Of a stretch of DNA of 64,000 nt, positions 27,553 through 39,103 are shown in pieces. Position 1 is the stretch's first letter; each line of letters opens with the position of its first letter. Location: NCBI GenBank assembly GCA_051362555.1, contig CM120642.1:33480001-33544000 (forward strand), written 5' to 3'. This DNA is from Lingula anatina (Eukaryota > Animalia > Brachiopoda). The position numbers were made by a program, and so were the translations under genes. The notes beneath the pieces are model-generated. The model was not told where the DNA came from and made no database searches. It worked only from the letters and a program-made list of their open reading frames with translations.

Positions 27553-28352
27553 GCTCGGTACCACGGAACCAGCGACAGTGACATCTGTCATTCGTGTCAT
27601 GGTAAGATAATTACTAGATGTATTACCCTTCATACTGTAGGCGGTGCCCCTAATGTCCTTCTAGGTGTATATCACGTACCAGTCTTGTGTACCAGTCTTG
27701 TTGCATTTATCGAACGCCTTAATTCTGTGCTGAACCTAAAATTAAATTTAACGATCTTGGATAATGTAAGTAGCTTCAAAGCGTTACTAGACATCTGCAG
27801 CGGGATATTTCGAAAAGGACGACAGGTACTTTGAACTGTTTGATTATTGGGCTGAAATGGGTAAGTACTTGTAAAACAAAGACTATGGTATTTTTATTTT
27901 ATTTTATTAAGAATTAAGGGCTTGGATGAAAAGTTCAGAACACAGCCATTGGTTGTTTACAGATCTAGAACTGCCTTTAGTTATCACACCAGACAATTAG
28001 CAAAAGAGAAATCCAAGGTGTATTCTAGTTCTTAACGATTATCATTCAACCGATTTTAACATCAGTCTGGAAGGACAGACTGTGTGGAAATGAGTTACTA
28101 GAAGCCCCGTTTCCCACTGGTTCAATTTAATATTCCCTATGAGCTTTCGATTTGCGACTTTCGGTTTCGTTCCATGTGAAAAAAAGACGTTTTAGCATTT
28201 AATTAAGACATTTAAGAATTAAAACTTAAAATCCCAGAACAAGTGTCATTTTCTTCTAGATAAAACTGTACCAAAGAATTAAAAAGATTTTCTAAACCAG
28301 TTTCATTCTACCTCCTGTTTTTCCTGGTTTTTGACTGCCAGACAAAATAAAG

Positions 28353-31300
28353 ATGAAAACCTACCATTCATATCGAGCTCCCGTTGTCTCTGTGGATTCT
28401 ACCACAGAAGACGACTCAGTGGATGAGACGCAGTTCGGGAACGCTGCCCCCCTGTCCTCAAGACTGACCACCCCGACCATGTTACTGGACAGTTTGATGT
28501 ACCACGACGTGGACAAAGTGGACATGGAAGAGGCCAGGGAGCAGGGGGACGTCCTGGGGGTGAAGAAGATCGAGAATAACTACAGGGTGAGTAGAAATAC
28601 AGGGGACGTCTTGGGGGTGAAGATGATCGAGAATAACTACTAGAAAAACATGGCACATTGTTACTATGGGCAATAAAAAAGTGAAAAAAAATAGTGAATT
28701 TTAGAGACGTATTGGGAATGAAGAAGATATAGAATGATTATAGAGTGAGTAAAGATACATTATTACACTATTGGCAATAAGCAAACAGTTTGAACACGAA
28801 GAGGCGATTGTGCTTGAAGAATGTAGAGGAGTGGGTTCAGAGAAAGTAAATAAAAGCTACTAATACGAAAATCATCGATGACGTAGCTATTCACTTGTTT
28901 CTGCTATTTTTGTTATTCGGCAGTGTCATTCAAGCGTACATGTACATGTACACGTTTTGCCTTTTCTATCACGCGACAACAGATGATGATATTCTTCCTG
29001 AACATAGCCTTTATACAGTATAAATATATATTTAAGGTAAATGCACGTTGTTCCTATGCTTTCTTTCAGTTTGGTTTAAAGAAATGGAAGAAAGAAGTTG
29101 TGGACAAACAAGCTTTTCAAGAACCATTGGGGGTTGAATTGGGAGGTGAGTAGAATTAAAATATTTCGTTAACTATTAATAAAATGTTGGAAATTATGAT
29201 CAGTGTCGCTATGTACGATCCTTCACACATAATATATAGGCTGAAAAAAATTTATAGCTTAATTGCTGTCTTTACAGAAACATTCTGTCTCAAGCTAGGG
29301 AGTTTCCTGTACATGGTATTCTTCGGTTGGTGGATGGCGGTCGTCTATATTTTCGTTGCTTGGCTGATGAGAGTTACCATCATAGGGAAGAGATACAGTG
29401 AGTTCTCAGCATTACTTGTTTATTAACAGTCTAAATTGATTCATGAGTTCAGAAAAGGAAACAGGAGTTAATGACGTAAACAGGACAACATGACGTCACC
29501 TTTATCAATTAGTGACGTCATCTTATTTTGGTTCGACAGATTTTATTGCGCACGTGCATATAACCCATTTTTGTGGGTTCAACATTAAACATTGTACTGA
29601 ACTGAATTTCACAGCTTCGAAAATCACATCTGGAAGTTTTATTTATAGGTCATTTTTGCCTTCAGATGGCACGATATGTTTTGTGGCCTTTTGGAAAAAT
29701 CATCGCAAAGGTGAGTTGGTACTAGTGCATGTCAGACGTCAACTATCTGTGCCTGTCTAAATTTATACAGCATACAAAGTTTTTATATCCATTATGATAG
29801 AAGTCTTATTGTTGTTTTTATTTGGTCTTTTGCGTATTGATGCAGTTAACTACACACAGCAGCGTATTCACGTTGTAGGAAATCAGTCAGAACACCCAGG
29901 ACTACACTGACACCCCTGATAGCAGCTGGACAGAGGAGATAACAGAATTTATGGGGCACCGGAAAACGTCCAAGTGGGTCGGTATCTGGGATAGCCTAGA
30001 CTAATGCATTACCATGTATAGAAAAGAAAGAATAGCGGAATGGTAGAATAGCTGAAAAAATGAATTTATATATGTTGTATATTAAAAATTATTTATTTCT
30101 TGTATGTTAAATTGCTGAGTTACAGTGACGCAAACGGCTGAACACGACACAGGATATTATTTCAATTGATTTAATGCTAAGAGTGCACTATAAAAACTAA
30201 TGATTCATTATGCCTTTAAACACAATTTTCAAGAATCTATATTTATTCTTGACTTACTATGAAGTGATATCATTTTTTTATTTTATTTCGAATTAGAAAA
30301 GCGCAGGGACGTGCGTTTGGTACGTCACCGGCTTCCCTGTCTTGGTATTGTTCCACGCCATTTCCGCCGCTCTCTCCTGGCTGTTTGTGCTGTCCATACC
30401 CACGGCCAAGGTAATAAGGCTGCAGTTTAGACATTGGACATGAAGTTCATAGTCGCATTAAGGATAGTATTTAAATAGTCCGCGGGTCAAATATGGCCGA
30501 CCCACTTGAATACTTCCCCACGGGAAATCTGTTCAGTGGCTTTTAGCGGATTAGACGGCAAGGTTTTTGGTGGGTCGCCATATTTGACCCGCGGACTAGC
30601 AAGTCCTCTGTTGTGAATACAGCCAATGATTTTGACAGTTATTTATTGTTATACCACCATTTTGCGTATGGATCTCTGTTTGCTTTGATATCAGATGAAC
30701 ATTAGGATTATTATAAACGATTATGATATTGACAGAGAGCTATCTATCCATCTATCTTACTGCATATCTGTTGAAATACCACCATTTTCTTTGCTTTAGT
30801 GATATTTTAACATTATTCCAGATGAATATAAGGATCATAACAAACGTTTTGCGACAAGATCCAGACAAAATTGAAATAGAAAGGAGCAGGGTAGTTGCAT
30901 TGATTATATATTCTTTCGTATTTTTACTTTTAGAAATGAAATAAATGAACCTTAGGTCATCTTTTATGTATACATCTAAATAATTCGTTCAAATTTTATA
31001 AGGCATTTTTAATTTTTTCATTTATTTTGCCTAACTTTCGCGCTTCGTTTCTCCATTTTTAAGTTCACAAATCCTTGTGAGTAGAAGAATTTCTGCTTGT
31101 TGCAAATTGCAGCAGAATAATTTTATTTATACCTCTAATGGCGTTTAAAGGTTTCGGCATTATACTCAAATGGGTTATAAAGGTAATTTATCAATCAAAT
31201 GTGATATATAATTGTATCAATACATTTTTGATTATATTATCATAAATTCAAAAACAATGTCTGTATACATTTTTCGTCCAGATAAATAACGTTTTAACAA

Positions 31301-33138
31301 ACAAAACACTAAAAAAATGAAATTATTATTTTTAAAGATAACTTAATTATTATTTCAGCCATATAAGCAAAATCACCTGGAAGTTCTGATGTATGTTCAT
31401 CAACCGTTCCGAGTGTTGTTCTGCCGGTATACAGTGGATGGCATGAACGTCATCCTAGTCAATATCCTTTTTGAAAATTAGTTTGTCTTGCCCAAGCCTT
31501 TAGAAGACAAAAGGATACAAGTGAAAACAATACGTTGGGATATATACGCGTGGTACAAGCCACTGTTATCGTCAACATTAAGACTTTAAAACATATATAT
31601 TTTCCTTTACTTCTCTGCAAATTTGCTTGCCTTCACCCTTTTTGCTCTAGCTTTTGGATACGCTATGCCAGGCAAAGACGACACAATGGAATTAATTGTA
31701 GGTTACTTCCATACACTATTAAAAATTATTAAGAACACGAAATAAAAATGAAAACCGAAGACAAAAAGTTAGCTCCTAAAAAGTAAAACTTATCATAAGA
31801 AAGATTGGTTTAAATTGGCTAGTTTTGAAATGTTATTGTACCATCTTTTCAGCAATTCACATTAGCGCTGTTGGCGATTTTGCCATTGGCTTACTATATA
31901 GGCATGGCACTAATAAGGTGAGAATCTCTCCCCCCCCCCCCAAGAAATATAATAATGAAAATAAATGAATTAAAGAAAAAAAAACATAATGACAGTCATC
32001 GCAATCACTGAAGTATTTCTAATAATATAAAGTAATATAAAGCTGCTATCTGCATATAAATGTACGGGCCATTTAAGACATAAAATGAATATCGCAAGAT
32101 GAAAAATACTATATTTTCAGAGTGGAGAAGGGTGGATTGTTGGGTAAAGTCGGGCCCGCAGTCCTATATTTGAATACATTTTGAAAGTCCAATGGGTGTG
32201 TATGTGTGTCAAAATAATCTTTCCTTTCTCGCAGTATTTCAGCTCGCAGTAACTTTGCCGTTGGTGCGGTTCTGAACGCCAGTTTTGGCTCCGTGGTTAC
32301 CGTAGCGTTGTGTGTGGCGGCTCTGTTCGCTAGTAACAAGGAAGCCGATCACGCAGAGATGATTTGTTACCAGGAGTTGACAAAAGCTACTCTTACTGGT
32401 AAGACTTTTAGCAATACGATATATAAATCGTATAATGCCTTGACATAAACCACTTTATTATTGTTATTTGCACTGCTGTAGTTTTTTAGATTGCGTATTG
32501 CACATCGCTATTTGAAACGACTTAATATTATCATAATAGCAATACTGGGTATATAAATTCATAATATACATGCATCTGTTGTATTATATAAGCTGCAATA
32601 AACTTTAAACTTTGTAATTTGATTTACGAAAAAGTAATTTTCATAGATGGTCGAGTTTTGTCTTGAAAATAATGAACGAAAAAAAAAATGCAAAGTATTA
32701 TATAGAAATATTAGGTCCGTTAATTTGTCCACGTGATACCACTTAGAACATGTTTTTAATGTATATATGTAATAAAATTTAATTATCTTGACGTTGATTC
32801 GATGTGTAGAAAAATCTTATTGGTCAATCATATATTCTTATTGTTATTAAGGTAATGCAATCTCACTCTTCAAATAACAGATGGGCTGAGTAAAGGTGTG
32901 TTTTAATGAGACAAATGCAGTAGGTGATATGATACCTGTGTAACTATATGATATTTCAGGTGTGTTAATGGTGACCCTACTTTTGATCCCGGTAAGTATC
33001 TCCGTGAGAAAGAAATGAGCAAACAAACGTTATAAAGAGCACAGGTAGCAGATTTAACAATAACACGAGGTCGTCCTGGATTTCTTGAAATTTGAATCGA
33101 CACCATCAATTTAAAAACAGTTTTGCAACAAAAACGTG

Positions 33139-33176
<38 letters not shown>

Positions 33177-36100
33177 GGGGGCAGTTTTCCTTCCAGTTTC
33201 TGTCTTCCAGGGTTTAGCGATGACAGTCGGAGGTCTAAAACACACCACCCAGAAGTTTAACAGCAGATCGGCAGGGATAAGTTCCGCGCTGTTACTGGTC
33301 TCCCTGGCAGGTAGGTACCATGAGTTTTGTTCCAGCTGAAGGGATGCTTGTTTTCCTAGACACCCCTGGTCTCCTTGGCAGTTACATGTAGGTACTATGA
33401 GTGTTGTTCCAGCTGAAGGGATGCTTATTTTTCGAGACACCCTGTGGCCTTCAAAAGGCTGACGCCTAAGCAAGAGATAGAAATGTAGATAGTTTTGTCT
33501 TTTTAGACATCTTGAACCCGGGCAAGTTTTCGGCAATTACTAAAAAGAATAACAATAAACAAAAACAGCAGAATGGTTGTACTTATCTTGTGTATGGATA
33601 TAGAAAAATAGAATGCATTCGCTCTGGACAAACTTTCAATTATCATACGATCGAGTAATGGGAATAAAATTCACTGAAATTAACCAATTAAATAACCAAA
33701 TTCAAACTCTAGATCAACCAAGGTCCTTTGGATTTCAGGCACATTTGCTCCAACTATTTATGCCAAAGTCTTCACCAACTTGGACTGTTCACCATGCTTC
33801 GGAGGCGGAAATTCTAGCAACGTCAGCCCGACCTTTTGTGCTTCCTGCCAGTCTCAGATGTCCAAGGTGAGGGCAGTGCCAGGGCGCTGTACAGACAGTG
33901 CCAGCGCGCTCGTGTCTTGGTGTTTTATTTTCTTCTTCAATTATATTTTCTTGATGATTTAGCAAGGGCTCGCAAGCTTGGGTGTAACAATATCTATGGA
34001 TATATTTCAGTTATACTAAGTATATGAAGACAAAATTTAAAATATATACTCGAAAAAAATAAATTAAAAAAATGAAAGGATAGGCCTACTGTCCTCGAGG
34101 AAAAAAACATCGACTTGAAATAAAGCTTTCACACGACTAGAACAAGCTCATGCAAGTTTATAAACTCTTACACGAGAAATATTCTTTTCAAATAAGAAGT
34201 AGTGAAATTTATCTGTACCATTTTCTGATATACTTGAGTACATTTACATTTAGACTCATCCTTCAAGAATTCGACACTTGCAAGAGGCCGACGAAAAACT
34301 AAACTGTTTTCTAGTTTATTAGGGTATTTTCATATATACATTTTCATTTCAGATGGACCTCCAATTCACCAGCCCAGAGTTTTACAGTCAGAATATAAAA
34401 CCGCTCGTCTACTCATGCACGATTATACTGCCCTTAGCATACGTGGTGGCCCTCGTATTCACGCTACACACACATACTGCCCACGTCTTTGAGCAGTTCA
34501 TCGAATCTGCTAGGGCCATTAGCAAAGGTATTACCGGGTGCCAATACCAATCACATGGATGTTTAATACATGTAAAAATAAAAAGCATCCCGGTAGATTG
34601 AAAGACATCATTGTGTACATCACTGTTGGAACAGATTTTGAATATGCTCTTTAAAAATCAATTTTGTAAGTTTTCTCTATTTTTATACTTTTAAAATTTT
34701 TGTGGTCTAACTGGAAGTTGTATTTGATGTGTTTTTCCGTTGCTAACACTTTATATTATTTTTTCAATACGCGATAATGTTCATACATGACTTTATCCTT
34801 GATTTTCTCCCTAAGATAACTATCTAATTATCCCCATATTTTCCTGCACCACCCTGTAGAGACGGCAGCCTCCATCGCCCACTGGAACTTGGTGAAGAGT
34901 GTGATGATCCTGTTGGTGTCCACAGTTCTCATGGCTCTGTGCGCTGACGTAGTGGCGGACAACCTGGGCCCCATCATGCGTAAACTTCCTCCTGTAAGTT
35001 GACATTGTTAACACCTCACGGTTATATGAAAAATTGTATAAGGAAACTTCCTCCCGTAAGCTGAAATGGTTAAGATCGCACGGTCTGGACTCATAGGGCG
35101 TATTCCCAGAGCTTTTAGATCGATCTATCCCCGCGGGGAGCCTCACTAGATTACTGTCAGATAATCCGGCTTAAATGTCCGTCCAGCCTACTACAAGCTG
35201 TAAGGGGGTAATTAACTTTCGTGCCCGCTCGGCTGACAGCTATTTAGCGTGAACCCCCAGGGAGTTAGGTCGATCTAAAGTAGATCGATCTAATCTCTGG
35301 GAATGGGGTCATAGGCTGTCTGCGCAAGATTGTGCAGGGAAATGCAAAGAATGAAAATGGAAATTTCTGTCCGTGATGTATGAGGAAATGAAATGATTAA
35401 GCATTATCAAATAGTCAAATTCTAGAGACTCTTATTTCCTTTTGTATTGAGATTATTTACGGTTATATTAGCGATTTTTCTGCTACCGATGCGATGCTAC
35501 CGTATCTCCCCGTGTTTTTAATTCGACAATGTTACAGCTGGAGAAATTTCTATTTTACTAATAGAAAATGATTATGTTCGAGAATGTGCCAAATGAAAAA
35601 AATCCACGCAGACCTTAAACCAGTGCCAAACATTAACTTAATTTCAGGCGTTCGTAGGAGCTACATTTTTAGCCATCATACCGCAGCTGCCGGAGATAAT
35701 CAACGGGATGGCCTTTGCCTACAACAATAACATTGCAATGAGGTGTGTGATAAGATTTTCAACTATTTACCTAATTTTATTTGAATCCTTCAGAGGTATA
35801 GTTACAGTTAACTGTTAAAACTACAAAAAATAACTCTTATTCGTATTAAAATTTTCTTACTGAGTTGCAGTAAAATACTTTGTTTTATTAGCAAAGTTTC
35901 TTTTAACGTGGTTGTAAACGTTATGACCATTTCACCCTTTTAATTCATAATTGTGTTAAATCTATAATTGGGTGTAACTCATAATAGGGTATAACATATC
36001 GTATATTGTGTTTCAGTATAGAACTAGGCACATGTATAGCTGTACAGGTGTGTCTCATACAAATACCTGCCATTGTTGCGGTGGATGCCATCAGGGTGAG

Positions 36101-37023
36101 AAAAGACAACAAGATCAATAATTCCCGCCTACCCTACACACATTTGCAAGGGCAATATCTTATTCATTTGTTTATTTATTTATCTATTTATCTATTGATG
36201 CAACCATCTTTTTATCAATAAAATGGCAAAACGCGTTATTATAAAAGCAGACACTTCTTCAAGTAAAAGGTGACGATTATCTGGACACGTATGGCTGAAT
36301 TACATAACAGAATGACACGCTGCTACAACCAAACTTTAAAACATATATTGAGCAACACTATATTATATCGGTTTGTTCCGTTTTCTTCCAGCCTGTGGGT
36401 TTTGAGCTAATTTTTGGAGACATCCACCTGTGGTCTGTGATCTCTACGGTTCTTCTCATCAACATCCTCTTCCAGTCTGGAAAGTCTGACAGCTTCCAAG
36501 GTGAGTGGGGTTCTCAAAGTGCGTTCACACCACGGTCCACATTGGGCTAGGTATGGGCATCAGACCTACCATTGATCCAATAACTTAAATGTGCTGTAAA
36601 CCATCACAGCCAAAGAGACGTATTTCAAAAGATTATCAGTACTCTAGCGTTCTGTATTTTGGCTTACCTCGATACGTCACTTATTTCACTTTGAAAAAAT
36701 ATTTCGTACACAACTTTCCCTTAAAAAAAAAATGACACAGGTGGGTTCTTTTTTTTAACGGACATGTCTTGCTTTCAGTAATGTCATTTCACTTCTCTAA
36801 GGCATGGGGGAAATAATTACCCAATATTTATTTTATACCAATGGACATTACAGTATTTGCAATTTTAATTTATTAAAATATCTTCGATATACACAAGATC
36901 CCACCAAAACTGTTTCAATAAATCATCGTGTATTATTTTCTAGGTGCCTCCCTGCTCATCTTCTACGTGATCATGCTGTGCTTCTACTACCTTGGACCTA
37001 ACCCAGGGGGCATCCACTGTTGA
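28353..37023 (+). CDS. Type-2 CAX (Vnx1-like) paralog 2, divergent; 20 coding exons (approx. 28353-28586, 29070-29145, 29278-29397, 29649-29710, 29879-29977, 30297-30410, 30822-30890, 31359-31461, 31621-31697, 31853-31917, 32235-32398, 32960-32991, 33211-33310, 33739-33867, 34353-34527, 34860-34993, 35648-35742, 36017-36095, 36392-36500, 36944-37023)
   Basis: Exon-for-exon paralog of CAX1: FGLKKW, FGWWMA, YVLWPFGK, RYTVDGMNVILVN, ISARSNFAVGAVLNASFGSVVT, GGLKH..Q.FN, IIPQLPEIINGMAFA, QVCLIQIP, SGKSDSFQGA; no stop or frameshift found. Confidence 0.88.
28542..28780. repeat. Degenerate triplication of the CAX2 first coding exon 3' end and donor
   Basis: GACGTCCTGGGGGTGAAGAAGATCGAGAATAACTAC-like copies at ~28548, ~28605 and ~28705. 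Confidence 0.85.
30476..30598. mobile_element. 123-bp MITE-like inverted repeat
   Basis: TAGTCCGCGGGTCAAATATGGC(C)GACCCAC ... GTGGGTCGCCATATTTGACCCGCGGACTA. Confidence 0.7.
31462..31620 (+). other. U12-type intron in CAX2 with AT...AA termini
   Basis: 5'ss ATATCCTTT, branch TTCCTTTAC at 31602-31610, AA at 31619-31620; gives a 77-nt next exon, the same length as the CAX1 equivalent. Confidence 0.8.
35096..35310. mobile_element. PIF/Harbinger-like MITE (ATTCCCAGAG..TAGATCGATCTA TIRs)
   Basis: Imperfect ~30-bp TIRs with ATA on both flanks; related fragments at ~11362-11420, ~38590-38793 and ~45913-45985. Confidence 0.6.
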
Positions 37024-37862
37024 GGAGACGGGGTCTGAAACGTACTGTGAAATGAAACACGATAATTATATTGGCATCACTGTACAGGGTTTAAGCAAAA
37101 CCAGTTTGCCATTCTCCACTTACAAAACAAGAAATGGCACAACAACGCAGGTACATGGACGGACCCAAGTGATGCCGAGATGGACGAATTGGAAGTATCT
37201 GCATGCATACTAGCTTGTCTAGTTATAAGGGTTACCGATAATTTTAGCGTAATGTAGTTTCTGACAATTCAAGAAAAATGTCAATAAAAATATTTGGTGT
37301 ATATTTATTTTTGCACCAGCCCAATATGTATAGTATACATATAGTCTATAATATTTTTTTTAAATAATAATGATGATAATAAATAATAATAACCACTTTT
37401 CTTGGTTTGGCAACATAAACCAGTGTTCTGTTAGACAGTACAGTCACATTCACAAACTCTTATATTGGCATTTAAGAACGTTTTCTTGAAAGGAAATAAT
37501 AAAATAAAAAGCATACACCATAGATCATCCAAGAATTGCTGAAAAAAGATTGGAACACTCAGCTATGGTGCATTGTACAACATGGAAAAACAAATGTAAT
37601 GAAATAAGCAAACTGTAGGGAACAGGATAAGCTTTCAAAACTTGTTACTTGGAACAAATGAGTTTAACATTTTAAACAGCAGTGCATGAGCATTGCAAAA
37701 AAAAAAAAAAAAAAAAAAAAGAATATGCAATAAAAAGCAAAGCATTTCTCTATTCACTGTGTACAAAGCCACACTTCTGGACTGCACTTTTTTGCCACTA
37801 CGTTTGGAAAGTAAACCAACTGTTCATTGCGATTTTTTCACATATCTTACTTGCATTCAGAA

Positions 37863-37864
<2 letters not shown>

Positions 37865-37920
<56 letters not shown>

Positions 37921-38000
37921 CTTACTTTTTCTCAACAAGCATCCTTCAAATATCATAAACATGGTGCCTTTAACAATTCATATATATATATATATATATA
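37865..38000. repeat. (TA)n microsatellites
   Basis: Direct inspection. Confidence 0.9.
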
Positions 38001-39103
38001 CTTCCACTTGGCCTTAAACCTCCCAATGGAATATTGCAGCATACTTCCATGACTAAAAACCCAAACCAAAAATAGAGAAATGCCTCATTACTGCAATACA
38101 TCAGTATAAGAATCTCACATATTGTTTTCCACCGAGTACTACTAACAACAAATGTTAACAACTATAGTTTTAAAAAATTACCTTAAAATTTAAATATGAA
38201 CAACTATGTGTACAGTTCCGTACATCTTCAACAGGTATCGTAACTCCTTTCTCGATACTAAATTACATAAATGTAAATTACATAAAATAAAACTACTTCA
38301 ATTGCACTGGACAAAGAGTAGACTACCAAGAAAAAATTTCTGACCAAAACCCTTTTACACAGAGATTGCTATTGCTTGGGAGAACAAATGTGACCAAGTG
38401 TCACCACCTTGGAGAAGAGAGAGACAAAATCTGTTCACTAAGTGATCATGATCACAAGCCCAGTGTATCAGGGGCTTTCTAATGAAAAAAAAAAAAAAAA
38501 AAAAAATTGCACAAAATCAGAAGATAAGTTGCACGGTCCAAGCTCCAGGAAATACAAGCCTTACCACTGTGCACTAATACAGTATCCATCTCCAAGGGAT
38601 TTCTCGCTAAATTGCCTTCAGCTTAAGCAGCTTAGAGGTCTGGCACACCTACTGCAGCTGCTTAACGATAATTAATTACCCCCTAGCAGCTTTGGTAGGC
38701 ATCACAGACATCTAAGCCACTTAAGCTGATTGCAATTTAGTGAGAAACTCCTCGGAGATAAATCGATCCACGATAGGGTCTGGGAATGGTCCCTTAAACA
38801 TCTTTTAAGACAACTTGCTTAAGTTAAGTACAAACACCCTTTAAGAAAATTTCCTGTATTACAATTCACTTTCAGGACATTCAGCAGATGGCATCATTTA
38901 TAACTTAAATGGGTAAGATTTATTCCCACTTCACTTACAGGGTTTTCTTCTCCATCTGAGACCTCAAGGTTGAAATAAACTTCAATTTACAGGGTGTTCC
39001 TTACCATTTCACTCCACAAAATATAACTCCACTGTGCTCACAGGGTGCTTCTCAACATTCAGCACTAAAGAACATATCGGTAGCTCCACTTCATTGCACT
39101 GCA

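Noticed and set aside
36992-37213. Possible extended CAX2 C-terminus
   Set aside because: The spliced frame ends LGPNPGGIHC-TGA at 37023, matching CAX1 length; this ORF is in another frame
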